DNA of 64,000 nt from the human T2T-CHM13v2.0 reference genome, Homo sapiens. This document shows, in pieces, positions 27,201-38,169 of the stretch (positions are counted from its first letter, which is position 1; the number at the start of each line of letters is the position of its first letter). The translations under genes and the position numbers were made by a program. The stretch lies in assembly GCF_009914755.1 (NCBI RefSeq), contig NC_060935.1; one strand, written 5' to 3'. The notes under the pieces are model-generated. The model was not told the DNA's origin and did no database searches. It was given only the letters and a program-made list of their open reading frames with translations.

Positions 27201-27755
27201 TGCTCTAGCTGAATCCCAGAGATACTGGTAAATTGTCTCTGTTCTCATTAGTTTCAAAGAACTTCTTGATTTCTGCCTTAATTTCATTATTTACCTGGGA
27301 GTCATCATTCAGGAGCAGATTGTCCAATTTCCACGCAGTTGTGTGGTATTGGATGAGTTTTCTTAATGTTGAGTTCTAATTTGATTGTGCTGCGGTCTGA
27401 GATGTTATGATTTCAGTTTTTTGGGGTTTTTTTGTTTTTTTTGCATTTGCTCAGGAGTGTTTTACTTCTGATTATGTAATTGCTTTCAGCGTAAGTGCCA
27501 TGTGGTGATGAGAAAAATGTGTATTCTATTGTTTTGGGGTGGAGAATTCTGTAGATATCTATCAGGTCCACTTGATTCAGAGCTGAGTTCAAGTCCTAAA
27601 TATCCTTGGTAATTTTCTTTGTTGATTATCTGTCTAATATGGACAGCAGGCTGTTAAAGTCTCCCAGTATTATTGTGTGGGAGTCTAAGTCTCTTTGTAG
27701 GTCTCTAAGAACTTGTTTTATGAATCTGGGTGCTCCTGTATTGGGTACATATATA

Positions 27756-27851
27756 TTTAGGATAGTTAGTTCTTCTTGTTGAATTGATCCCTTTGCCATT
27801 ATGTTTAGGATAGTTAGCTCTTCTTGTAAAATTGAACCTTTTACTATTATT
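27756..27851. repeat. 48-bp diverged tandem duplication inside L1 ORF2
   Basis: TTTAGGATAGTTAGYTCTTCTTGT...ATTGA...ATTAT x2. Confidence 0.85.
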
Positions 27852-28239
27852 TAATGCCCTTCTTTGTCTTTTTTGATCTTTGTTGGTTTAAAATCTGTTT
27901 TGTCAGAAACTAGGATTGCAACCCATGCTTTTTTTTTATTTACTTGACAATTTTTCCTCTATCCCTTTATTTTAAGCCCATGTGTGTCTTTGCATGTGCG
28001 ATGGGTGTCTCGAATACAGCACACCAATGGGTCTTGACTCTTCATTCAGCTTTCCATTCTGTGTCTTTTAAATGGGGCATTTAGACCACTTACATTTAAG
28101 GTTAATATTGTAATGTGTGGGTTTGATCCTGTCATCATGATGCTAGCTAGTTATTTTGCAGACGTGTTGATGTAGTTGCTTCATAGTGTCATTGGTCTGT
28201 GTACTTCAGTGTGTTTTTGTAATGGCTGGTAATAGTTTT

Positions 28240-28564
<325 letters not shown>

Positions 28565-30497
28565 CAGCAGTTTTTCTTTTCCATATTTAGTGCTTCCTTC
28601 AAAGTCTCTTGCAAGGCAGGCCTGGTGGTGATGAATTCTCTTGGCCTTTGCTTGTCTGAAAAGGATTTTATTTCTCCTTCGCTTACGAAGCTCAGTTTGT
28701 CTGGATATGAAATTCTGGGTTGAAAATTCTTTTATTTAAGAATGTTGAATATTGGCCCCCAATATCTTTTGGCTTGTAGAGTTTCTGCTGAGAGGTCCAC
28801 TGTTAGTCTGATGGGCTTCCCTTTATATGTCACATGGCCTTTCTAACTGCCCTTAACATTTTTTCCTTCATTTTGACGTTGGAGAATCTGCTGATTATGT
28901 GTTTTAGGTTCGATCTTCTCATGGAGTATCTTACTAGGGTTCTCTGTATTTCCTGAATTTGAATGCTGGTCTGTTTTGTTACGTTGGGAAAGTTCTCCTG
29001 GATGATATCCTGAAGTATGTTTTTCAACTTGGTTTTTTCCCTGTCTCTTTCATGTACCCCAATCAGTTGTAGTTTTGGTCTTTTTACATAATCCCATAGT
29101 TCTCAGAGGGTTTGTTTGTTCCTTTTCATTCTGTTTTTTCTAATCTTGTCTGTCTGTCTTATTTCAGCAAGATAGTCTTCAAGCTCTGAAATTCTTTCCT
29201 CTGCTTGGTCTATTGTTATTGATACTTGTAATTGTATTGTGAAGTTCTTGTGTTGTGCTTTTCAACTCCATTAAGTCATTTATGTTCCTCTCTAAACTGG
29301 TTATTCTGGTTAATCACTCCTGTAATGTTTTATCATGGTTCTAAGCTTCTTTGCATTGGGTTAGAACATGCTGCTTTAGCTCAGCAAAGTTTGTTACTAC
29401 CTGCCTTTTGAAGCCTACTTCTGTCAATTCAGCCATCTCACCCTCCACCCAGCTCTGTGCCATTGCAGGAGAGGTGTTGCAATCATTTAGAGAAAAGCCA
29501 CTCTGGTTTTTGAGTTTTCAGCATTTCTTCACTGATTCTGTCTCACCTTACTGAGTTCATCTAGCTTCAATTGTTGAGGCTGCTGACCTTTGGATGGGGT
29601 TTTTGTGGGGATGTATTTGTTGATGCTGCTGCTGTTGTTGTTGCTTTCCGTTTGTTTGTTTTCCTTTTAATAGTCAGGCCCCTCTTCCACAGGGCTGCTG
29701 CAGTTTTCTGGGAGTCCACTCCAGACCTTATTCATCTGAGTGATCTTTTGATATTTAGTAAAAGGTTATTGAGTCTAGATGCTATATCCAATCATCTGTA
29801 TATCTTCATCAGAACTTATTACAGATCCCACAGCATTGTAGTTATTTATCATTTATCGAAAATTGTCAGTAGAAAATGTTACTATTAATGAATGAGAACA
29901 ATATAAATAATAAATTCACCTTGCTCATGAAACATTGTCTTGGATGGTAGGGTATAAATCATGCCAGCGTTATTTACAGATCTCGCCATACTCTTGCACT
30001 TAGAATATCTACTTTGGTACATCAAATGAATAAATTAACAAAATAAATTCACACAAAATAAGTAATTTCCTGTGGACCCCAGAATTTTAAGGATAGAAAA
30101 GAGACAGCAAAAAAGGATTGACAAAAGCATAACAATTATTATCAGCCTCTGCTAAATGCCTCATTTGATTTAATTGCTTCAAATGTCCAATGCAGAAATT
30201 GAGATTCGTGGAAATTAGTAACTTTCACAGTATCAGACTAGTCCATGGAAGTGCTGACAATCAAACCTAGGTATGCTTGACTTCAAAGCTGATTTGCTTT
30301 CCACTGTAATTCTTCCTCTTAACCAAACATTCTACATTCTAACCTCTTTGTTTCTACATCAATATATGCTGTCTTACTCATCCTGAGCTCTAAACTTTAT
30401 TGCTTTTAATTGAACAGCATGTATGCCTTTCTTATTCTTGGACACCTTCTCTTGAGTTATTTTAGAAATGTCCTTTAGAGAAATACCTTCATTTAAA

Positions 30498-30522
30498 CAC
30501 ACACACACACACACACACACAC
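30498..30522. repeat. (CA)n microsatellite
   Basis: Seen directly. Confidence 0.9.
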
Positions 30523-31199
30523 AACCCATCTATCTTCCAAAGAACGTCTCAAATACTTCATCATTAACCATGTCTTTCCCCAAAAACCTTGAACTCAGCA
30601 TTGAATGTCACCTTTCTCTTTTAAGCTCCTTGGCATTTTGTACATACGGTTCTGATAAAATGTATTAAAGTCATATTTTACACTCTTGTTATTTTGATGT
30701 GTGGTACATTTTCAAAAATACCAACGTTTCTTTATAATGTATAGTATGTCTTGCTCTTTTTATATTTTGTATCAAAAGCACTGCACTGTGCAAGAGACTT
30801 TAACAATCCCCCTGTATGGATTCTGTCTCTGTCTCAGTAATAGATTCCTCTCCACCTCCACCAGCGTATAGTTTAAGCTCATCTCATAGCCACTCATCTA
30901 GACACTGCATTTTTCTTTCACTCCTGTCCCTGGTTGTGATCATGTGGTTGGGTTTAGGACAAAGGAATGTGAGAAATGATGCATATGACCCCTTTGACAT
31001 GAATAAAAATGATTGAATTAAATTCACAACATGATGCTACTGTACACAAGCAAGAAAATGAAAGATTGATGATTCAAAATGCTAGCAAGGATATGAAGCA
31101 ACTAGAACACTTAAAAATTGCTGACCTAGGACTTGGTTGTATGTTGTTCTCATTACCCAACTTTTCTTTATCTTGACACCTTAAATTCTGATGTTCAAT

Positions 31200-31425
31200 A
31201 TCACAGTAGGGTGACAATAGTTAACAACAATATATTGCATACTTAAAAAACAGCTAGAAGAGAAGATTTGAAATCTTCCCAACACAAAGAAATGATAAAT
31301 GTTTTAGGCTGTGGATACCCCAAATACCCTTATTTGATCATTATATGTTGTACGCATGTATCAAAATATCTCATCTACTACATAAATATCTATAAATATG
31401 ATTTGTCAATAAAAAATGCAAAAAA
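31200..31425 (+). mobile_element. L1MA-type 3' end fragment within older L1M debris
   Basis: CACAGTAGGGTGACAATAGTTAACAACAA...CCCAACACAAAGAAATGATAAATGTT. Confidence 0.7.
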
Positions 31426-31987
31426 TCCGCTGTAATCTTACAAATTGGTACAATTACTTTTTTGCAAAATCAGTTTTCAAAAAATATTTATCAAGATGTA
31501 TTAATATCAATCTTAGGAATATCATATTATCTGGCAATTCTAATTCTATACATATACTCCTTCAAATACAGCCATATATTACCAATACTATGTAAAGTAA
31601 TGCCCACAACAACACTACTTTTGATAGCAAAATATTATGTATTATCTAGCCCCCCCACGAAAAAGCAAACAACGTGTAAAGAAATTGTAGTGTATTCATA
31701 AAGTTGAATATTATAACACAATGAGAATAGCTCATTTTTATATGCAACAATATAGATAAATCTTAAAAACCTAAACTTGAAGCAAACAAATTTGCTGCAA
31801 TATTTCATTTATGTACATTTCTAAAGAAGCAAAGTTATCTTGGTAATAGAAATCAGGATAGTGGTTATCTAACGTGGGTAGGAACAAGGAAACAAGTGAA
31901 GGAGAATTTCTGCTTTGCTGGTCGTGTTATGTTTCTTGATCTGGATGCTTTTTTGGCTCAGTCTGCCCATTATACTAAAATTCATGT

Positions 31988-32272
31988 CAGTGGCACACGT
32001 CTGTAATCCCAGCACTTTGCAAGGTGGAGACGGGAGGATGGCCTGGGCCTAGAAGGTCTATACAAGCCTGAGCAACATAAAGAGAGCTCTTCTATACAAA
32101 TAATAATAAAAAAATTAGGTGGTGGGCCTAGGGGTATGCACCTGTAGTTCCAGCTACACCAGAGGCTGAGGTGGGAGAATTCCTTTAGCTCAGGCAGTTC
32201 AGGTTGCTGTGAGCCATGCATGACTGAGCCACTGTACTCCACCCTGGGCAATAGAGTGAGACTTGAGCTCAA
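31988..32272 (+). mobile_element. AluJ, diverged
   Basis: GTGGCACACGTCTGTAATCCCAGCACTTTG...CCACTGTACTCCACCCTGGGCAATAGAGTGAGAC. Confidence 0.85.
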
Positions 32273-32273
32273 G

Positions 32274-32413
32274 GAAAAGAAAAGAAGAGAAGAGAAGAGA
32301 AGAGAAGAGAAGAGAAGAGAAGAGAAGAGAAAAGAGAGGAGGAGAGGGGGGGGAGGGGAGGAGAGGGGAGGAGAGGGGAGGGGAGGGGAAGGGAGGGGAG
32401 GGGAGGGGAGAGA
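32274..32413. repeat. (GAAGA)n/(GGGGA)n pure-purine tract
   Basis: ~140 nt of purines only. Confidence 0.95.
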
Positions 32414-33963
32414 AAAATATAGTCTTAGGATTGGTGCACTTTTCTAATTGTATGATATACTTCAGTGAAAAGCTTAAAAATAATAATCTGAAAGAAGTTA
32501 AAAATTAAAGAAAAGGGGAGATAAGAGATACGGAGAAATTAGAAGCCAATTAGATGGAGGATTTAAATATTGACATATCATATAACACTACTTAGTTTGG
32601 TATGAAATAATTATTTGTTTTATTATTCTAGACCCCAAGCATGCAAATGGAAGCTGGTTTGATTGAATAATGGATTTAGATAGGCACAATCTCTGAATCA
32701 CAGTTTGCAGGTTATAATGTGCTTTCACTTATCTCTTTTGGCAGCATCCAGCTACACTATTGTGGGTGGGTGGGTCAAATGGTGGGTGTTTGTGGAAGGC
32801 AGGTGGAAGGCAAGTGGAAAGAAAAGGTGTTAATTTCTGTTTTAAGAAAATAAATGAAAGACTTGGGGAAATAAATTAGCAAATTCTGATAGGTAAATAA
32901 TAATGGCAGCCTAAATTTACATCTTTTGTTCCAGTTGATTTTTGTGTGTTTTGTTGCTGGATAACTGTGAACTGAGTAAAACAAAGTCACATCATGATGG
33001 TGTAGGGGCATCATTAAAGAAAAGTTGAGAAAGGAGGATAGGCTTTTCTTAACAGAAGCTTGTTGCAGGCAATTTCACTAAAGTTGTCCAATAAGGTTTA
33101 AAATTAGTACTTCAGTATCCCATACATTTGTTTATAAATATTACAAGGGCTAAAGAAACATCTCAGGGAGTACTAATTCTTATTTTATTACCTAATTTTT
33201 CTTCAGGGAAAATTCCAGGAAAATAATCTATCGGTAAACAAACAATTAGGTTTGGCTACAGAATTAATATCTGCAATCAAAAATGTCAAAAAATACTTGT
33301 TCTTTACAACATCAAAGTATTCTATGACTTTAATAGTTAAACTAGTAAAGCATGTGGTATAAGGACAGTCAGAAAATAAGGACAGGAAAAAATACACAAA
33401 GTTGTGGTAATATATTAAGTAAAAAAAAACACAGAATAACATAGAAAGATAATAAATTGCTTAATACAAACTCTATTTAGCAAAATAGAGTTTCCTCTAT
33501 TAAGTTTGCTCCGTTAAGCTGTGTAATTCACATTTTGCACAAAAACAAAATCCAGTGTGAATTAAAAATAATCTCAAAATAAAACCATGTGACTTTAAGT
33601 AATAAAACTATGGACTTTTTTTATTTTTTGGTTAAATTTTAATAATATAACATGGGGAAACAAGTACTTGAATTTTGCTTATGGAAGTATGAGCTACTGA
33701 AATTGTCTAAAATGAAATGACAATACTTATCAAAAATTAACAGAACAAACTTTTTATACTGCAATTTTCATTTCTATTAATATACCTAGAAAAATGCTTG
33801 CAGAGATATGAATATATATGTGTATATATGTTTGTAGGTGTGTGTATACAGACACATTAATTTATTCATCAATCATAATGATACCCCAAACCATTGACTG
33901 GATCTCATAGGTCTAGTAATAGGTGAGCTATTATCTTTATGAAGAAACTATTTCAATCAAATT

Positions 33964-34921
33964 TCAAGCCTCATCTTTGGAACAGAATATTTTTACTACC
34001 TTATCTCTAATGTGCTTGGTCTTTAACCCATAGATAAAGGGGTTGAGGAATGGTGGGACCAGTAGGTAAAGACTGGACAAGGTGATATGTACGTATGATG
34101 GGATATAAGATCCAAATCTGCGAGTAAAAAATGAAAAAAAAAGCAAGGAGATAGAATTGGAAGAAGACATATATATGGGGAATACATGTATTAAATACCT
34201 TAAGTCGTGCCTCTTTCAGAGGCAAGTGAAAGACAGTGATAAATATTTGAATATAGGAGAGGGTGATGAAAATGAAGTCAAGCCCACCAACAATAAATGC
34301 TCCAAGGATACCATAGACCTTATTAATGTAAACATCTTCAGTGGCAAGCTTCACAAGGGCCACGCGTTCACAGTAAGTGTGGGATATTAACTTGGTTCGG
34401 TAGAGTTTCAGATGGCATTTTATAAGCAATAGGCATGGAATTACCAGAATGGCAGGCCGCAATGTCACTCCAACTACAATATAAGTGACTAGCTGTCGAG
34501 TGAATACTATAGCACGCCTCAGAGGATAACAGATCGCTACACAGCGGTCCAGAGCCATGGCTAGCAGGACTCCTGATTCAATGCCTTGAAATGTGTGGAT
34601 GAGCCACATCTGAAAGAGGCAAGCATCAAAATATATCTCTGGCAAATGGAACCAAAAAATACCAAGCATCTTGGGCACAATGCTGGTGCTAAGTGAAATG
34701 TCTGTGGCTCCTAACGTGGCCAGGAAGATATACATGGGTTCATGGAGGCTTGGCTCAGATTTGATGATGATCAAAAGTAGAGAATTTCCAATCAGAGCAA
34801 TGACATACGTAGCACAGAATGGAATCCCAATCCAGCATTGTACAGATTCAAAACCGGGGATCCCAATAAATGTCAGCACAAAAGGCATGAACAAGGTACC
34901 ATTTGTAATAGGCAGGGCCAT
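33964..34921 (-). pseudogene. OR52A4P: Olfactory receptor 52A4 (frameshifted; 304-aa ORF 34921-34007)
   Basis: MALPITNGTLFMPFVLTFIGIPGFESVQCWIGIPF N-terminus. Canonical TM7 ([17 protein letters not shown]) lies in another frame ending at 33964. 958 nt = 957+1; shift at A9 34134-34142. DRY is changed to DRC. Confidence 0.93.
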
Positions 34922-35737
34922 TCAGGGGTCTTCTTAGAAAGGGGAGAAAGTTTGCCAAGCTGTGATTCTCTGTACTTTTATATATTTTATGCTTATCCAA
35001 TCACAAAGTTATTGAATAGCAGAATTAGGAGAACCAACTCCATCAACTTACTTATCTTTTTTTTAATGAATGAAAAAATGCCAATATAAAGACCCATAGA
35101 AAGGTTCACCAGTTTACACTTTAGCAAAATCATCCGGCCACACTCAGTGAAGACTTTTGGACATCATTTCTGAGAAGAGGCCAATATGATCAACCTGCTT
35201 AGTGGTGCTTTCCTTGTTCCCCAACTCCATTTTCTCTTTCCTCTTCTAACCTGTTCATGGAAAGCAGGAATACAAATATTTATATTTGGAATTATATTTT
35301 AGACAGAGAAATACAAACATTTATTCTAGCTTTAGCCCCAAGTGTTCAAATATGACACTGCTGCAAGACTCAGACTCCATTCAGTAGACAATGACAGTCA
35401 CATAATTTTGGTGTATTACCATAGCAATTCTGATACAGGAGACAACCGTATACAAAAACTCTGTAGTTCATATAAGCACCCTAAACCTCTCACACCAGGA
35501 CTTTTTCCACACATTGGAGGGTAAAGACATATTTAAACTATTTATATATAAATTTAAAATTAAGGAAATTTTAGAGTACCTGGTTTAGGAGAAGAGGAAC
35601 CTCAGGTTGTATCGTCAGGGGAACCATGAAGAAGATGTTGAATTAGTTAGAGGTGAGGTTTAGTTAACGAGTTTGGAAGCCTGAATCTCCATATGGAGGC
35701 AGTGTGAACAGATATAACCCTTACATAGAAATCAGGC

Positions 35738-35957
35738 CCTGGTGTGTGATGTTCCCCTTCCTGTGTCCATGTGTTCTCATTGGGCCTGTTGTGGGGTGGG
35801 GGCCGGGGGGAGGGATACCATTAGGAGATATACCTAATGTTAAATGACAAGTTAATGGGTGCAGCACACCAACATGGCACATGTATACATATGTAACTAA
35901 CCTGCACGTTGTGTACATGTACCCTAAAACTTAAAGTATAATAATAATAAAAAAAAA
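35738..35957 (+). mobile_element. Short L1PA 3' end with 5' inversion
   Basis: Inverted 35738-35782, forward 35783 to poly(A); TSD AGAAATCAGGC at 35727-35737 and 35958-35968. Confidence 0.92.
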
Positions 35958-36499
35958 AGAAATCAGGCTACTTACTGCTGAAGGAAAGTCGAAAGCTCTA
36001 TTTTTTTTTTTTATCTTCTGGAAAAGTTGACATAAGAAAAATATGATGGGATGAGACTATTTGAAAATTCTCCAAGAAATTCAATGGGAAATAATTGACA
36101 AACATGTTGAGGTGGAAGTGCCTTGGGAAGCAGCAGAAATAGAGAAACATCCAAAACAAAATTCTGATTGCAATATAATGGCTGTGGCTGGGACACTTAA
36201 CAATTTCCAGTAACGATACACTGGCAAATAACTATGGTTCAGTTGCAGGGCTGGTAACATGATATTATGCATCAATGATTTTTTTTTTAAGTGAGAGCAG
36301 AGAGGTTATGCAAGTGATTAGTTGTCTAGGTCTAAATCAAGGTGATCCATAAATTTTATAAGTGGTGTGCTAAGCATTTCTAATATTTCTCCATAACTCA
36401 AGTCATCACATCCAAATATTATTCTGTGTTCTTCCCTGGCCCCTAGTCACCATGATAACCACAGATTTAAACTCTGGAATGTTTTGGAGATCATTACAT

Positions 36500-37042
36500 T
36501 GTTAGAGCCCAGAAAACCAACATCCCTAAATATAGCACTTTAACATTCTGAACTAAAGAAGCAACCGCAAGGTTTCTCTGACATCCCCCAGCCCTTCCTG
36601 TCTTTCACTTCTTTGTCTTTCCCAAAGCATGGGATGAGGTTATTCTCTGAAGTTCCCTTATCTACCTAGACGCTAGACCCCTAAAGAGGAACACAATTGC
36701 CTTCAATCCCTTCCCTGAAATTCCATTAACCAGAGAAGATTAAAACTCATATTACAGAGGAAGACACTGAAAATTAAACACCACACCTGGAGCCCAGATG
36801 AACTTCATCTCAAACTATTGTCTCTTCTCAGGTCCCATTCAATCTCTCCCCTCCCCTATAAAGAAGGATATATAAGCATCTGTGCTTAATTGAGTTATCA
36901 GGTAATCATTCTCCTTGGAGTTCTCCATGCTTATGCATGTTAATAAAATTCTATGTCTTTTTCCTGTTAATTTGTCTTTTGTCGATTCATTTTAACAGAC
37001 GTAGACTTCAACCTTCAGAGGGATAGTTTCAACTTCCCTACA
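36500..37042 (+). mobile_element. ERV1-class solo LTR (MER34/MER39-like)
   Basis: TG...CA ends, TATATAAGC TATA box, AATAAA, terminal ACCTTCAGAGGG...CTTCCCTACA. Confidence 0.6.
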
Positions 37043-38169
37043 CACTCATGATCCTTCTCTCTTTCAAGTAAAACATCTGCAGGTCTAAATTACTTCTCCA
37101 ATAGCAGGCTCCTAACTGCCCTTAACATCTCAATCTTCCAAAGTAGATTCTTCAACTTATCATTATTGTTCTTTAATTGTAGTTCATAGAATTTCAAAGT
37201 GAGACCCTAACAAAAATATACTCTTCATGTTTATGATTTGGATTTTTTCTGGAGTCTACATTCATTAGCTGCACTTGTACTTGTACTTCAGGATGTACTG
37301 TTTCACCTCCACTTGAGCTGTACACATTCCTAACTATAACTTACTCAATATCCAGGAGCAACAGTGACAAGTGACTGGCACAGAGGAAGGTTGCTCTCTG
37401 CTGGTCCCAGCTATGTAATATTTGTGGTTTGTAACATAATTTTCCCTGATTACCAAAGTTTTATTAGCCTTTCTCAAATCCTGAGAGATATTTTTTCCCT
37501 AGGGCAAAGATGGAAGTTTAAAGCCAGCCATTTCTAAGGGTTAGCGGCTTGCTCAATTCCCTGGGGGCCTGGCATATCTAGTATGGCCAGGAGATGGCAG
37601 TGTTGAAGCATCTTCTGTTAGTAAAACACATCCCTGTCTCTCAGAGCCCCAGAGATAGGGTTTATCTCGTTCTCACTTATTTGACAAAGAAAAAGGACAC
37701 TAAAATAAGGCAATGCATCAATTGAGACTCCATTTCATCTCTGAACAAATTGGACAGCGTTACTGTATGCTTGGTAAGGAAAGGGAATCGAAAACAAAAT
37801 AAATATTGTACCTTGTATTTACTCTTGACCATCAAAGGATTTCCAGAAGGCATTTCAGTGATCCAAGAAAGAAGTGTGTTTGGAAGTGGTAGGCAGAACA
37901 GGGTTGAGAGTACAGTAATGCCTGTAAGAAGTAAGACTTGCTAAGAGAAAGGGAGGAAAATCAATTATGCACAGATGATTTTTGTCCTATTTTAAGAGAC
38001 AGAAAATTAGAGCAGTCCTTCCTAGAAAAGTAAATCACAAGCTTTTTTTTTTAACAATCTCTTGATCCCAAGAAGTTCCCTACTCTTAAATATCTTTAAT
38101 ACAGAGTTTAATTTAAAATGCATATATGTTTTGGCTTTTAGTTTTTCCTTATTTAAAATTAATTAATGC

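Noticed and set aside
34157-34937. Plus-strand ORFs antisense to OR52A4P (and 45725-46039 antisense to OR52A5)
   Set aside because: Shadow frames of OR coding sequence with no independent support
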